From the IMG/VR virus record IMGVR_UViG_2693429713_000009: 64,000 bases of DNA; one strand, 5' to 3'. Source of the DNA: a virus. Lineage: Duplodnaviria > Heunggongvirae > Uroviricota > Caudoviricetes. This document shows, piece after piece, positions 20,833 to 28,569 of the stretch. Position 1 is the stretch's first letter; every line of letters begins with the position of its first letter. A program made the position numbers and the translations under genes. Below the pieces are notes generated by a model. The model was given only the letters and a program-made list of their open reading frames with translations. It was not told the origin of the DNA and made no database searches.

Positions 20833-20842
20833 TGTTAGAAAA
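20833..20842. promoter_or_regulatory. operator-like motif TGTTAGAAAA
   Basis: Upstream of 407-aa gene. Confidence 0.45.
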
Positions 20843-20855
20843 CTAATTTAACAAA

Positions 20856-22079
20856 GTGACGGGAACAGCAATGAGTCAACACACTGATACTTCTAATCTG
20901 GAAATTATCTCGACAGCAATTGAAACGCTGCGCACACAAATCGCTCTTATACAGAAACGGAATCCGGGTGATGACCTGTCAAAGCGACTGCACGAGAGTG
21001 TCATTGCCACTACAGATAACCTGGTGGCGGAAATCAACAAGCTGCTTGATGATGGGGCAGTTGATTACAATAAGCTGGTGGATCAGTTTGAGGAATACCA
21101 ACAAGCCGTTAATGATGGCTTGATCCGTTTTTCACAAGTCACAGGCGTATCAGCGACAGTTGAAAGCCTGGGCGATGCAGTTAATCAATTTGCCGCGAAT
21201 ATGCGTAATGAGATCGGCAATCTGGAAGCGCGTCTTGAACAGGCAAATACACTGCGTAAATCTGCCGAAGCTGATTTGAACCGTTACAAAAAAGACTATC
21301 CGCCCAGCCTGACAAAGCGGCTGGATGTTGCGGAGAAGGATAACCGCACGCTGAAAAGAGAGCGCCGGGAACTAAAAGAGCGTTTAACCAAGCTCAATCA
21401 GCAATGCATTGATTATCAAGGCGAAGGCGTCACACTGCGTAAAAAGTTGGCTACAGCGCAGAGCATTATCGAAACATTAAAGCGAGAGTGCTCACAGCTT
21501 GGTCACGATCTGAACCGTGCTTGTGGCATGGGACAAAGACCAGAGACATTTCCACTTATGTATGACGGAAGGGATGCCATTGCCTACATCCATGAGTATC
21601 CGCACGGCCTGGTTGCGGAAACTGGGCAGCGTGGCGAAGCACTGCTGACGGCTAATTACCATCAACAAATCAGAACCAATCGCCTGTTAACGATGGATGT
21701 GATCCCATCGGTATGGGGAACGCCGCTTTACTATCGCCTGCCGGGCTTCGAAAAGGACTGGAATACCGACATAGACGAATGTCTCGCAGATAAAATTATG
21801 GCGTACCTGGAGACGGATTTTCCGCGCTTATATCGCCGGATTATGGACTCTAAGGATGCGCCAATCGATGAATTAAAAATGCGTCCGGAGACGCTGGAGG
21901 CAATCAAGCAGACGGAGTTTGATACTGTATTCAGTGTGGCCTGCATTCCAAGCTGTTTCCATGAAAGCATTCCGTTCATGCAAGGAGATCGTCGTCAGGA
22001 AATCATTGACGCTTGCCGGGTATGGGCGAACGAATGGGATAAGAAGAATGGGGGTGTAGAAGATCTTTACGGGAAATAA
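20856..22079 (+). CDS. hypothetical coiled-coil protein
   Basis: 407 aa; GTG in track, alternative ATG at 20871. Confidence 0.45.
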   Translation: MTGTAMSQHTDTSNLEIISTAIETLRTQIALIQKRNPGDDLSKRLHESVIATTDNLVAEINKLLDDGAVDYNKLVDQFEEYQQAVNDGLIRFSQVTGVSATVESLGDAVNQFAANMRNEIGNLEARLEQANTLRKSAEADLNRYKKDYPPSLTKRLDVAEKDNRTLKRERRELKERLTKLNQQCIDYQGEGVTLRKKLATAQSIIETLKRECSQLGHDLNRACGMGQRPETFPLMYDGRDAIAYIHEYPHGLVAETGQRGEALLTANYHQQIRTNRLLTMDVIPSVWGTPLYYRLPGFEKDWNTDIDECLADKIMAYLETDFPRLYRRIMDSKDAPIDELKMRPETLEAIKQTEFDTVFSVACIPSCFHESIPFMQGDRRQEIIDACRVWANEWDKKNGGVEDLYGK

Positions 22080-22081
22080 TG

Positions 22082-22091
22082 TGTTAGAAAT
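22082..22091. promoter_or_regulatory. operator-like motif TGTTAGAAAT
   Basis: At start of the non-coding RNA locus. Confidence 0.4.
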
Positions 22092-22237
22092 CTAAAATCA
22101 CAATTCGAATGTATTGATTGTGAAGGTAACTTAACATAGAATTTTCCTTGCTGGTGGGCGGTACCCACGTTTCGCTTGCTGGGCTTGATAGTCACTTATT
22201 GGTTATTGTTCACCCACCAGCATTTAACAAATTAAAG

Positions 22238-22247
22238 TGTTAGAAAA
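22238..22247. promoter_or_regulatory. operator-like motif TGTTAGAAAA
   Basis: Second site upstream of the tRNA/hairpin locus. Confidence 0.4.
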
Positions 22248-22588
22248 GTATAGTAACGCAAGAGCACGCTTTGGCACCGTGCAGGCCAAAGTTCAGTAGG
22301 TTTAGTGCGGAAAGTGGTTTCAGAGAGAGCACTTTGCGAAGTAAACGACAATACATGTTGAGCCACGGAAGGTCTTTTTAAGGTGTTCATTGATGATGGT
22401 CCGGCAGAGAGTAACGGTACATGCTGCATCTAATCATCAATGCACATCTTCAACATTAAGGAGGCATAGGGATTTTTGTGGCGGTTACCTTTTGCCCTGA
22501 GTCTCCTTAATGTTGCAGTAATGCACCTATGCGGATGTGGCCTTGCATTGTGTCTTGAAAGAATGGGGTAAGGCCGGGGATATCCCCA

Positions 22589-22603
22589 GGGGGAGGCACC
22601 CCC
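22589..22603 (+). repeat. GGGGG-AGGCA-CCCCC hairpin (GGAGGCACC family)
   Basis: One of three hairpins with identical loop AGGCA and covarying stems. Confidence 0.5.
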
Positions 22604-22829
22604 GCTGCAACGAACAGCCACAGACGGCAGTCGAGTGATGGAAACGTGCAAAGACTTTAAACCTCGTTACGGCTGGCGTGGCAAACGCGACAACCGAGAC
22701 AGAGCGGTGACGGGCGGAGAGAGTGCCGCATCAAGAAAGAAGCCGACTTGTGATCCCTTTCAGCGGGCATTTGAAAGTGAATCCAGCTCAGGCAGTCGGC
22801 TTCTTTCTTGTGTGAGATGTAGCGTATTT

Positions 22830-22853
22830 GCCCATCTTCGGGTGGGCTTTTTT
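22830..22853 (+). terminator. intrinsic terminator
   Basis: GCCCA-N-TGGGC hairpin followed by TTTTTT. Confidence 0.5.
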
Positions 22854-23290
22854 AGGGTTTTCGTCATGGTTAGCGACTTTGCGGCGGTTTAGAAACCGAC
22901 CATTAAAGTAAATGCAAACGATGATCTGATGATGGTAGCGGCCTAAGAAGCCAGACGCCACGGGGTATGAGTCGTCCCCCGTCAAAAAATCGACCGCAGA
23001 GTGTCCCCGTCTGTGTATTAGGGAACGGGGAGGCATAACAGGCAAGGGCGCTGGTGTGATTAACCAGATGAATGAGAAGGGTCAGGTCTTTCTGGTCAGC
23101 GCCCTTACCTGTTACGTCCCTCCCGCGTAACAGCCATTGCTTAATGGCATCCTGGGGGAATTTCTTGTAACGGGTATATCCCGTCATGCTGAAGGCGCTA
23201 ATCACGCTGGAAGCCAGGGTTATGCATCCCCTGTTACTGAATTGCAGCCAGGGCGCGGTGCGCCGAAAAGCATACGGAGGTGGAAGCCCT

Positions 23291-23313
23291 CGCCGGAGAC
23301 GTACCCGGCACAG
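23291..23313 (+). other. tRNA leader motif, diverged copy
   Basis: CGCCGGAGACGTACCCGGCACA resembles the conserved leader found at 23754, 24149, 24471. Confidence 0.35.
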
Positions 23314-23314
23314 T

Positions 23315-23391
23315 GGTGGTGTAGCTCAGTAGGATAGAGCAGCAGCCTTCTAAGCTGTCGGTCGGTGGTTCGAATCCACCCACCATCGCCA
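23315..23391 (+). tRNA. tRNA-Arg (anticodon TCT)
   Basis: Cloverleaf by eye: acceptor GGTGGTG/CACCATC, D arm GCTC..GAGC, anticodon loop CTTCTAA, T arm GGTGG-TTCGAAT-CCACC, encoded CCA. Confidence 0.75.
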
Positions 23392-23396
23392 ATTTA

Positions 23397-23483
23397 GGGG
23401 AGTTAGTCCGTAGGGGTAGCGGGGTAGACTGTAAATCTACTGTCATTGCGACTCGGATGGTTCGACTCCATCACTCCCCACCA
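23397..23483 (+). tRNA. tRNA-Tyr (anticodon GTA), long variable arm
   Basis: Acceptor GGGGAGT/ACTCCCC, anticodon stem-loop GTAGA-CTGTAAA-TCTAC, variable arm TGTCATTGCGACTCG, T arm GATGG-TTCGACT-CCATC, CCA. Confidence 0.65.
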
Positions 23484-23487
23484 AATT

Positions 23488-23563
23488 GCCGGTTTTGCTC
23501 AGTTGGTAGAGCGCCTGCCTTGTAAGCAGGATGTCAGCGGTTCGAGTCCGTTAACCGGCACCA
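23488..23563 (+). tRNA. tRNA-Thr (anticodon TGT)
   Basis: Acceptor GCCGGTT/AACCGGC, D arm GCTCAGTTGGTAGAGC, anticodon loop CTTGTAA, T loop TTCGAGT, CCA. Confidence 0.8.
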
Positions 23564-23564
23564 A

Positions 23565-23673
23565 CACAACAGGTAAGGGTATTTTGCGACGTCGGAGATC
23601 GCCGAGCTTGGCAGAGGGTTCGAATCCCTACGAAGTACCCTTACCGTTGTGATGAATGCGCAGGCTGATGCGC
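23565..23673 (+). repeat. long-stem hairpin repeat unit A (tRNA trailer element)
   Basis: CACAAC(A)GGTAAGGGTA pairs with TACCCTTACCGTTGTG; encloses T-arm-like AGGG-TTCGAAT-CCCT; followed by GATGAATGC and GCGCA-GGCTGA-TGCGC hairpin. Confidence 0.6.
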
Positions 23674-23753
23674 GAAAGACATTGCAGCTATTGCGGAAAA
23701 GAGCTGTCCGGCGGGGCAATTAAACGCCCGTGAGAGTCTGAAATAACCGCAAG

Positions 23754-23778
23754 CCGGAGATCAGCACCGGTCATCACA
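23754..23778 (+). other. conserved leader motif CCGGAGATCAGCACCGGTCATCACA
   Basis: One of three near-identical 25-nt copies preceding tRNA or trailer elements. Confidence 0.45.
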
Positions 23779-23856
23779 ACACAACAGGTAAGGGCATTCT
23801 CCTTATGGGGCTTGGCTTAAATGCATCGAGTGCTCTTACCGTTGTGATGAAGTGCA
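23775..23856 (+). repeat. long-stem hairpin repeat unit B
   Basis: ACAACAGGTAAGGGCATTC pairs with GAGTGCTCTTACCGTTGTG, then GATGAAGTGC tail. Confidence 0.55.
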
Positions 23857-23984
23857 GCTCTTAGAAGCAACCAGAAGATAAGCATCTGGCTTCACAACAT
23901 AAACCGCAGGAACGACCAATAAACGGTAGTCCGTATGGAGAACACCCCGTTGAGGAAGAGGCCTGGCCGGAACCGTAACCGGCA

Positions 23985-24101
23985 CTACAACGTTGAGAAC
24001 ACTGGCGTAACGGGGTCATATCCCAATCTATGAATAAATGTTGCGTTGCCGCGTGACAACCAGTGTTCTCAACATTGTGGTGAATGCACAGGCTGATGTG
24101 C
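23985..24101 (+). repeat. long-stem hairpin repeat unit C
   Basis: CTACAACGTTGAGAACACTGG pairs with CCAGTGTTCTCAACATTGTGG; stem sequence differs from unit A but flanks ACAAC and GTGGTGAATGC plus GCACA-GGCTGA-TGTGC hairpin are conserved; preceded by a tRNA-Thr-like 3' remnant. Confidence 0.55.
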
Positions 24102-24148
24102 CGCAACTACAGTAGTGCGCGCTTTGCGGGGCTTGCTACAACCCTGTG

Positions 24149-24173
24149 TCGGAGTTCAGCACCGACCATCACA
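24149..24173 (+). other. conserved leader motif TCGGAGTTCAGCACCGACCATCACA
   Basis: Second copy of 25-nt leader. Confidence 0.45.
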
Positions 24174-24260
24174 GTTTGATTCTCTGGCATGAGCATAACG
24201 CTGAAATAAGTCCAGTCTGGTGCGGTCTGATCACCCGCCGTTAGCTCCACGAAACGGAGC

Positions 24261-24371
24261 GCACAACAGGTAAGAGTATTTGTAGAGTTCGACTCTCTAC
24301 CGTGGGCTTTTTCCCGCGATGCGAGCCATAAATGCTCTTTCCGTTGTGGTGAATGCGCGTTGCTGGCGCGC
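24261..24371 (+). repeat. long-stem hairpin repeat unit D
   Basis: GCACAACAGGTAAGAGTATTT pairs with AAATGCTCTTTCCGTTGTGG; encloses T-arm-like GTAGAG-TTCGACT-CTCTAC; GTGGTGAATGC plus GCGCG hairpin. Confidence 0.55.
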
Positions 24372-24470
24372 AAGTCCGCCCTATGGCAACGAGGCGGTGT
24401 AGTAAATATCGATGCCTCAGTCATCAAGCGTACTGACCGGCCTTATGGGCTATGAAAAAAAGAGGCGCAG

Positions 24471-24494
24471 TCGGCGATCAGCACCGACCATCAC
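24471..24494 (+). other. conserved leader motif TCGGCGATCAGCACCGACCATCACA
   Basis: Third copy, directly upstream of tRNA-Ser-like element. Confidence 0.45.
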
Positions 24495-24501
24495 AATCAC
24501 T

Positions 24502-24588
24502 GGAGAGTAGGGAGCATGGTGCTCAAGCGGCCTTGAAAACCGTCCCATTGCGCAAGCGATGATGGTTCGATTCCATTACTCTCCGCCA
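24502..24588 (+). tRNA. tRNA-Ser-like (anticodon TGA) element, possibly degenerate
   Basis: Acceptor GGAGAGT/ACTCTCC plus G-CCA, anticodon loop CTTGAAA as in bacterial tRNA-Ser(UGA), T arm GATGG-TTCGATT-CCATT, long variable region; D arm and anticodon stem imperfect. Confidence 0.4.
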
Positions 24589-24720
24589 GTGCAACGTTAA
24601 GAGTATTTGGCTAATTAAGCGAATGCCGGAAGCAGAACCGGATCACCAAATGCGTACAGGCGTCATCGCCGCCCAGCCAGCCAAGTGCTCTTACCATTGC
24701 GGTGAATGCGGCTAAGCGCA
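24589..24720 (+). repeat. long-stem hairpin repeat unit E
   Basis: CAACGTTAAGAGTATTTGGCT pairs with AGCCAAGTGCTCTTACCATTGCGG; GTGAATGC plus TGCG-GCTAAG-CGCA hairpin. Confidence 0.5.
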
Positions 24721-24796
24721 CGCGGAACAGTTAAAACAATTTTCCTTAATAGTTAAGTCAAACATCCCGGCGTTAATTGTTAACTGGTTAACGTCA

Positions 24797-24811
24797 CCTG
24801 GAGGCACCAGG
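24797..24811 (+). repeat. CCTGG-AGGCA-CCAGG hairpin (GGAGGCACC family)
   Basis: Same loop as 22589 and 25605 copies with compensatory stem changes. Confidence 0.5.
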
Positions 24812-25211
24812 CACCGCAATCTAATAAAGTTTCAAGCAATGGAGTTTTTGTTGTCAGACTTCAGATATAGATGGTTGTGGAAGGAGAGCCTGTGCATAGT
24901 GCAGTTATTTCTTCCGCTATTTGTCTGCTTTTTCATGCTTCCTGAGCTGAAATACGCAATTTCAGACACTTTAAGCACTATCGTTACTTTTGTGTTTTAT
25001 CTTTACTTTGATTACTTATTGAGCACTAAAATCAATGAATTATCCGAGGAAATGCAAGGTGGCTGTAAGTGATGAATTTTTGGGCGTTTGCCGATAAGAA
25101 CCCTGGTTGGACATTTTTATTTTTGCTGGTGGTTGCATATGGGGTCGAGCAAGCGGCAAAAGCCTTACGCGGTTCTGGCAAAAAGCGTAAGCGGAATTAA
25201 CAGTAATCTGG

Positions 25212-25287
25212 CCCTTTAGCTCAGTGGTTAGAGCAGGCGACTCATAATCGCACGGTCACCGGTTCAAATCCGGTAGGGGCCACCATA
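25212..25287 (+). tRNA. tRNA-Ile2 (anticodon CAT, lysidine type)
   Basis: Near-identical by recall to E. coli ileX: GGCCCTTTAGCTCAGTGGTTAGAGCAGGCGACTCATAATCGC...TTCAAATCC...GGGGCCACCA. Confidence 0.75.
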
Positions 25288-25467
25288 TTTGGTTGTAACA
25301 CGGCGTCTGGCACATGCGTCGTTAGCGGTCTGGTGTAGCTGTTAGGTACCTTACTAACACTGCATGGGCACATCAGGTAGCCGGAATGTGCAAGTCACCG
25401 CTGGAGGGATAGCGGACTCAGGGACTCACCATCCTGGCGATTCGGTGTGACAGCCGGAATAGCACGG

Positions 25468-25537
25468 CGCACAACAGGAAAAGGCGTTTAATTAACGCGA
25501 GCGCCGTTTCCGTTGTGGTAATTGCGGCTATGCGCTC
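25468..25537 (+). repeat. long-stem hairpin repeat unit F
   Basis: CACAACAGGAAAAGGCG pairs with CGCCGTTTCCGTTGTGG; GTGGTAATTGC tail. Confidence 0.45.
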
Positions 25538-25604
25538 GTGACGAAGCCATTTTCATTCACTACGTTCTGATAAGTGACGTCGCCGGGAGTGGCTAACCTG
25601 GCAG

Positions 25605-25619
25605 GTGGAGGCACCACCG
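25605..25619 (+). repeat. GGTGG-AGGCA-CCACC hairpin (GGAGGCACC family)
   Basis: Third copy of loop AGGCA hairpin. Confidence 0.5.
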
Positions 25620-25739
25620 CCACAACTCCTCTCAATTCATCATATAGCCGCTCAGGCTGTACCTCTTAATTAATACGAAGTTACGACATCACTACCGGTA
25701 CTTCCGGGGGATAGTCGCGCGTGTAAAAAAGGAGACGTT

Positions 25740-26315
25740 ATGTTAATGGCGAACGATAACGCATATGCAGAAGAAGATCTCATTTTGAGTGACTTCATAG
25801 GGAAGCGGGAACGCTGGACCCAAAAGCGAGAGGAACTTTACGCCTCATTAGTTCGCAAAGGCGTCAATATCGAAACCGCACAGAGCGGCGATATGACAGT
25901 GGTAAGCGTTGGATTGCACGGTGTAAGCGTGTCAGCAATCAATCATGAGCCATACGTTGCGTTATCCGAGTCAATGGTAAGGTTAGTTAAGTTCCTGAAG
26001 TACACAGAAGCGAATAATGTAATCATTGGCAAAAAGAATATCCCTTTTTCCTCGGCTTTTTACTGGATGATGAAAGGGCTTGATGCCCGGCGGACATCAT
26101 GGCCTAAAGGGAGCTATATATCGATGTTCCGTGGCAGCATTGGCAGCAAAGAAAAGCTCTTCGAATTCTTGCCGGAAGAGGCATTCGATATTGTGGAAGG
26201 GTGCGATGTGATGGTGATGCCTCGCCTGGTAATGATGAATGGGGATTTACAGGCGCAGACAGACTGGTTTGCAACTGGTGTGGATATTATCGCGACTGAC
26301 TGGGAGGCTTTCTGA
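25740..26315 (+). CDS. hypothetical protein with DUF2829-like region
   Basis: 191 aa; SSAFYWMMKGLDARRTSWPKGSYISMF and C-terminal ATDWEAF resemble DUF2829. Confidence 0.4.
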   Translation: MLMANDNAYAEEDLILSDFIGKRERWTQKREELYASLVRKGVNIETAQSGDMTVVSVGLHGVSVSAINHEPYVALSESMVRLVKFLKYTEANNVIIGKKNIPFSSAFYWMMKGLDARRTSWPKGSYISMFRGSIGSKEKLFEFLPEEAFDIVEGCDVMVMPRLVMMNGDLQAQTDWFATGVDIIATDWEAF

Positions 26316-26707
26316 TGTACGGGACTACCAAATTAAGTACTCAACAGGCCACCAATATGGAGTGGTCTATCGCTAACTGTAAGATCGTGTCATGCAATGC
26401 CACGCGTACTGATGTGGGCCATAAAAGCACTATAACAGGCTATCTAGTAATGACCACCAGGGGGATGAGGGTTAGATTTCGCTGGAAAGCAGAGCAAGTA
26501 ACGCCATTCAGAGAGCCATCAATGCCGCTGCAGGTTGAGCAGGATTATCTATGTTTACCAGAAATAGATGGAGGAATGCTGGTGGAGTCTGATGGTAGTA
26601 AGGCTGATTTTGAAGCCAATTTGAAGCTGGCACAGGCCGTAATCAATAGTTATCGCGGAAAGTGGATCGCAAAAGTGAAACATGTTGTTCGTTTGTCTCG
26701 CTGGTAG
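26315..26707 (+). CDS. hypothetical protein
   Basis: 130 aa, start overlaps upstream stop. Confidence 0.4.
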   Translation: MYGTTKLSTQQATNMEWSIANCKIVSCNATRTDVGHKSTITGYLVMTTRGMRVRFRWKAEQVTPFREPSMPLQVEQDYLCLPEIDGGMLVESDGSKADFEANLKLAQAVINSYRGKWIAKVKHVVRLSRW

Positions 26708-26727
26708 CGTTAGGTGTTTAATATTAA

Positions 26728-26737
26728 TTTTCTAATA
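26728..26737. promoter_or_regulatory. operator-like motif TTTTCTAATA overlapping TATAAT
   Basis: Variant of recurring motif fused to a -10-like hexamer upstream of Lpa-like gene. Confidence 0.45.
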
Positions 26738-26815
26738 TAATCATCTTTTTACCAGTCTATACAGTTTTAACATTCTCATTATCATCCCCTCGGTCATTTC
26801 CTGCCCGGGGGATTA

Positions 26816-27208
26816 ATGGAACAAATCAGCAGCGCAGAAATTGCGGATATCATGATCAGGGCTGACTGCTATCTGACAGTCACTGAAATTACCACTCTCG
26901 CCAAAGAAAAATACCCTCATCTCCATGTTTCACGAGTAAGTGTAACTAACATCATTCGTCATTTTGTTCGTTCAAGCAGGGCAATCTGTGAGCTGGATGA
27001 TCGTGTGTATCCACGAAAATACTGGCTACATGGTCTGAACGGATATCAGTTCAAGGTGCGCGGGCGCACGCCTGAATACGGTAGCTTACTGGTTAAAAAC
27101 TGTAGCAGGAAATCAGTCGAACAGGCGCGAAAAGAGCAACGAGAGCTGGTGGACATGGCGAATAAGCTGTGGAATGCCGCCGTTAAAAAGCGTGGTGTTG
27201 CTTTATGA
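26816..27208 (+). CDS. possible late promoter activator (Lpa-like)
   Basis: 130 aa immediately upstream of pacA with operator-controlled promoter, as lpa in P1; assignment by position. Confidence 0.3.
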   Translation: MEQISSAEIADIMIRADCYLTVTEITTLAKEKYPHLHVSRVSVTNIIRHFVRSSRAICELDDRVYPRKYWLHGLNGYQFKVRGRTPEYGSLLVKNCSRKSVEQARKEQRELVDMANKLWNAAVKKRGVAL

Positions 27209-28569
27209 GTCTGGTTAATTGGGAGGAGCACCGCGCCCGCTTTATAGCGTTGCGTGAAGAAAAAGGGATCACTGTAAAGGAATACTGTGAGGAGCATGGC
27301 CTTAGCTTCAATACAGCCAGAAAGCATCTCAATATGAAAAAAAATGAGGTGCGGTCGCAGGTAAAGACAACAAAAAAAAGCACCAAATCACCTGAAAAAA
27401 AACGGGCGGGAAGAGCAACAAAAAAGCTGGAAGAGGGTGCAGAAAAAACAAAATTTACAGAAATTGACAATTCGCAGGGCGCAGGTTCTTTCCGAAGTAT
27501 GCCGAGAAAGAAAACTTCGGATCATGAAAATAATGCAAATAATAACAATGAGATAAAAGAATCTGTCAGGAGATCATTGCGCGAAAAAATGGCGAAAATG
27601 ATCCCCGAAGAAGATAAAAGCGCCCCAAAAATTGAGGGATCTTCAGCAATGATCCCTGGCGGTGCTGTGCAGCGTGCCACATTGCCCACTACGAATGTGG
27701 CTCGCGATATGATGAAGAACGGCGCAGAAGAACACCTGCGGTTAGCAATTCAAATGGCGCAAGAGCGCGCACTTCAGTATCAAAGCATTGTTGATCAGGA
27801 GGCCGAACGTCTACAGGCGGAAATAGACGCCTTGGGCGATAAAGAGCCAGAAGGAATGCACCCTGGGCAGCGCCTTCTCGGTCTAATCAGTGACGCGGCC
27901 TACTACATGAATGATTTTATCAGTAGGTTGGCAGCTATATATCAGTCCGAACAAAAGCTGCGACAGGGGGATGAAAAGCTTCGTCAGAGCGCTCGCCAGC
28001 AAGCATTCAAAGAGGCTGAGGCCAGAGAAAAACTCGAATTAGCACGCCTACAGGCCGAACAGCGTGGCAAAGAGATTGAATATCGCATTGGCGCTGACGC
28101 ACGCGCTGCCAGAGTTATCGCCGCCGCTATACGTATGCGTGAGCGCGAGGAACTGGATGATATCGGTGTTGCTGAATACATCGAGCGCCAGGGGGTCAGC
28201 GTCCCGGCTATCCTCGCGGCGCGCGCGGCGAAAGCTATCACTCTTCTCGAACCACCTGTTTCTGACGTCAATGATGTTGATGATGAACAGCTGGACAAAG
28301 AGGCAAGGGAGTTTGCAACGCTTCAGGCTAACCATCCGCAATGGCTGGCAGAGCGCCGGGCGGATGTGGCAACCATTGTTGAAGAATTGGGGTGCGGAGA
28401 TTACGACCGCAATGGCGAGCGTAAAGCTGGAGAATTCGAGGCCAACGACGAAGAGCTGGATATTGACCCTTCGGCAACGGCTGAAATTTACGGTGATTAT
28501 GATGCATCTGATGCAGGGTATGACGCCGGAGATGATGATATCGCGATAGAACCGCCGGAGGATGATTAA
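27205..28569 (+). CDS. pacA: terminase small subunit PacA-like
   Basis: 454 aa, coupled to terminase large subunit; contains internal GATC-rich pac-like cluster. Confidence 0.65.
   Translation: MSLVNWEEHRARFIALREEKGITVKEYCEEHGLSFNTARKHLNMKKNEVRSQVKTTKKSTKSPEKKRAGRATKKLEEGAEKTKFTEIDNSQGAGSFRSMPRKKTSDHENNANNNNEIKESVRRSLREKMAKMIPEEDKSAPKIEGSSAMIPGGAVQRATLPTTNVARDMMKNGAEEHLRLAIQMAQERALQYQSIVDQEAERLQAEIDALGDKEPEGMHPGQRLLGLISDAAYYMNDFISRLAAIYQSEQKLRQGDEKLRQSARQQAFKEAEAREKLELARLQAEQRGKEIEYRIGADARAARVIAAAIRMREREELDDIGVAEYIERQGVSVPAILAARAAKAITLLEPPVSDVNDVDDEQLDKEAREFATLQANHPQWLAERRADVATIVEELGCGDYDRNGERKAGEFEANDEELDIDPSATAEIYGDYDASDAGYDAGDDDIAIEPPEDD
27520..27654. promoter_or_regulatory. candidate pac site (GATC hexamer cluster)
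   Basis: Five GATC-containing hexamers (GGATCA, AGATCA, TGATCC, GGATCT, TGATCC) within about 135 bp inside pacA, as in the P1 pac site. Confidence 0.45.

Noticed and set aside
22230-25072. Track ORFs inside the RNA locus (for example 22903-23205, 23234-23446, 23446-23652, 24107-24427, 24839-25072)
   Set aside because: They overlap tRNA genes or conserved hairpins on either strand, several rely on TTG/GTG starts, and none has a recognisable domain
23565-25537. Possible CRISPR array in the repeat-rich non-coding locus
   Set aside because: Repeats are imperfect hairpins with variable stems and inserts, not regularly spaced identical direct repeats with unique spacers; no cas genes nearby
22080-25739. 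Retron or group II intron as explanation for the structured region
   Set aside because: No reverse transcriptase or intron-encoded protein ORF anywhere in the window
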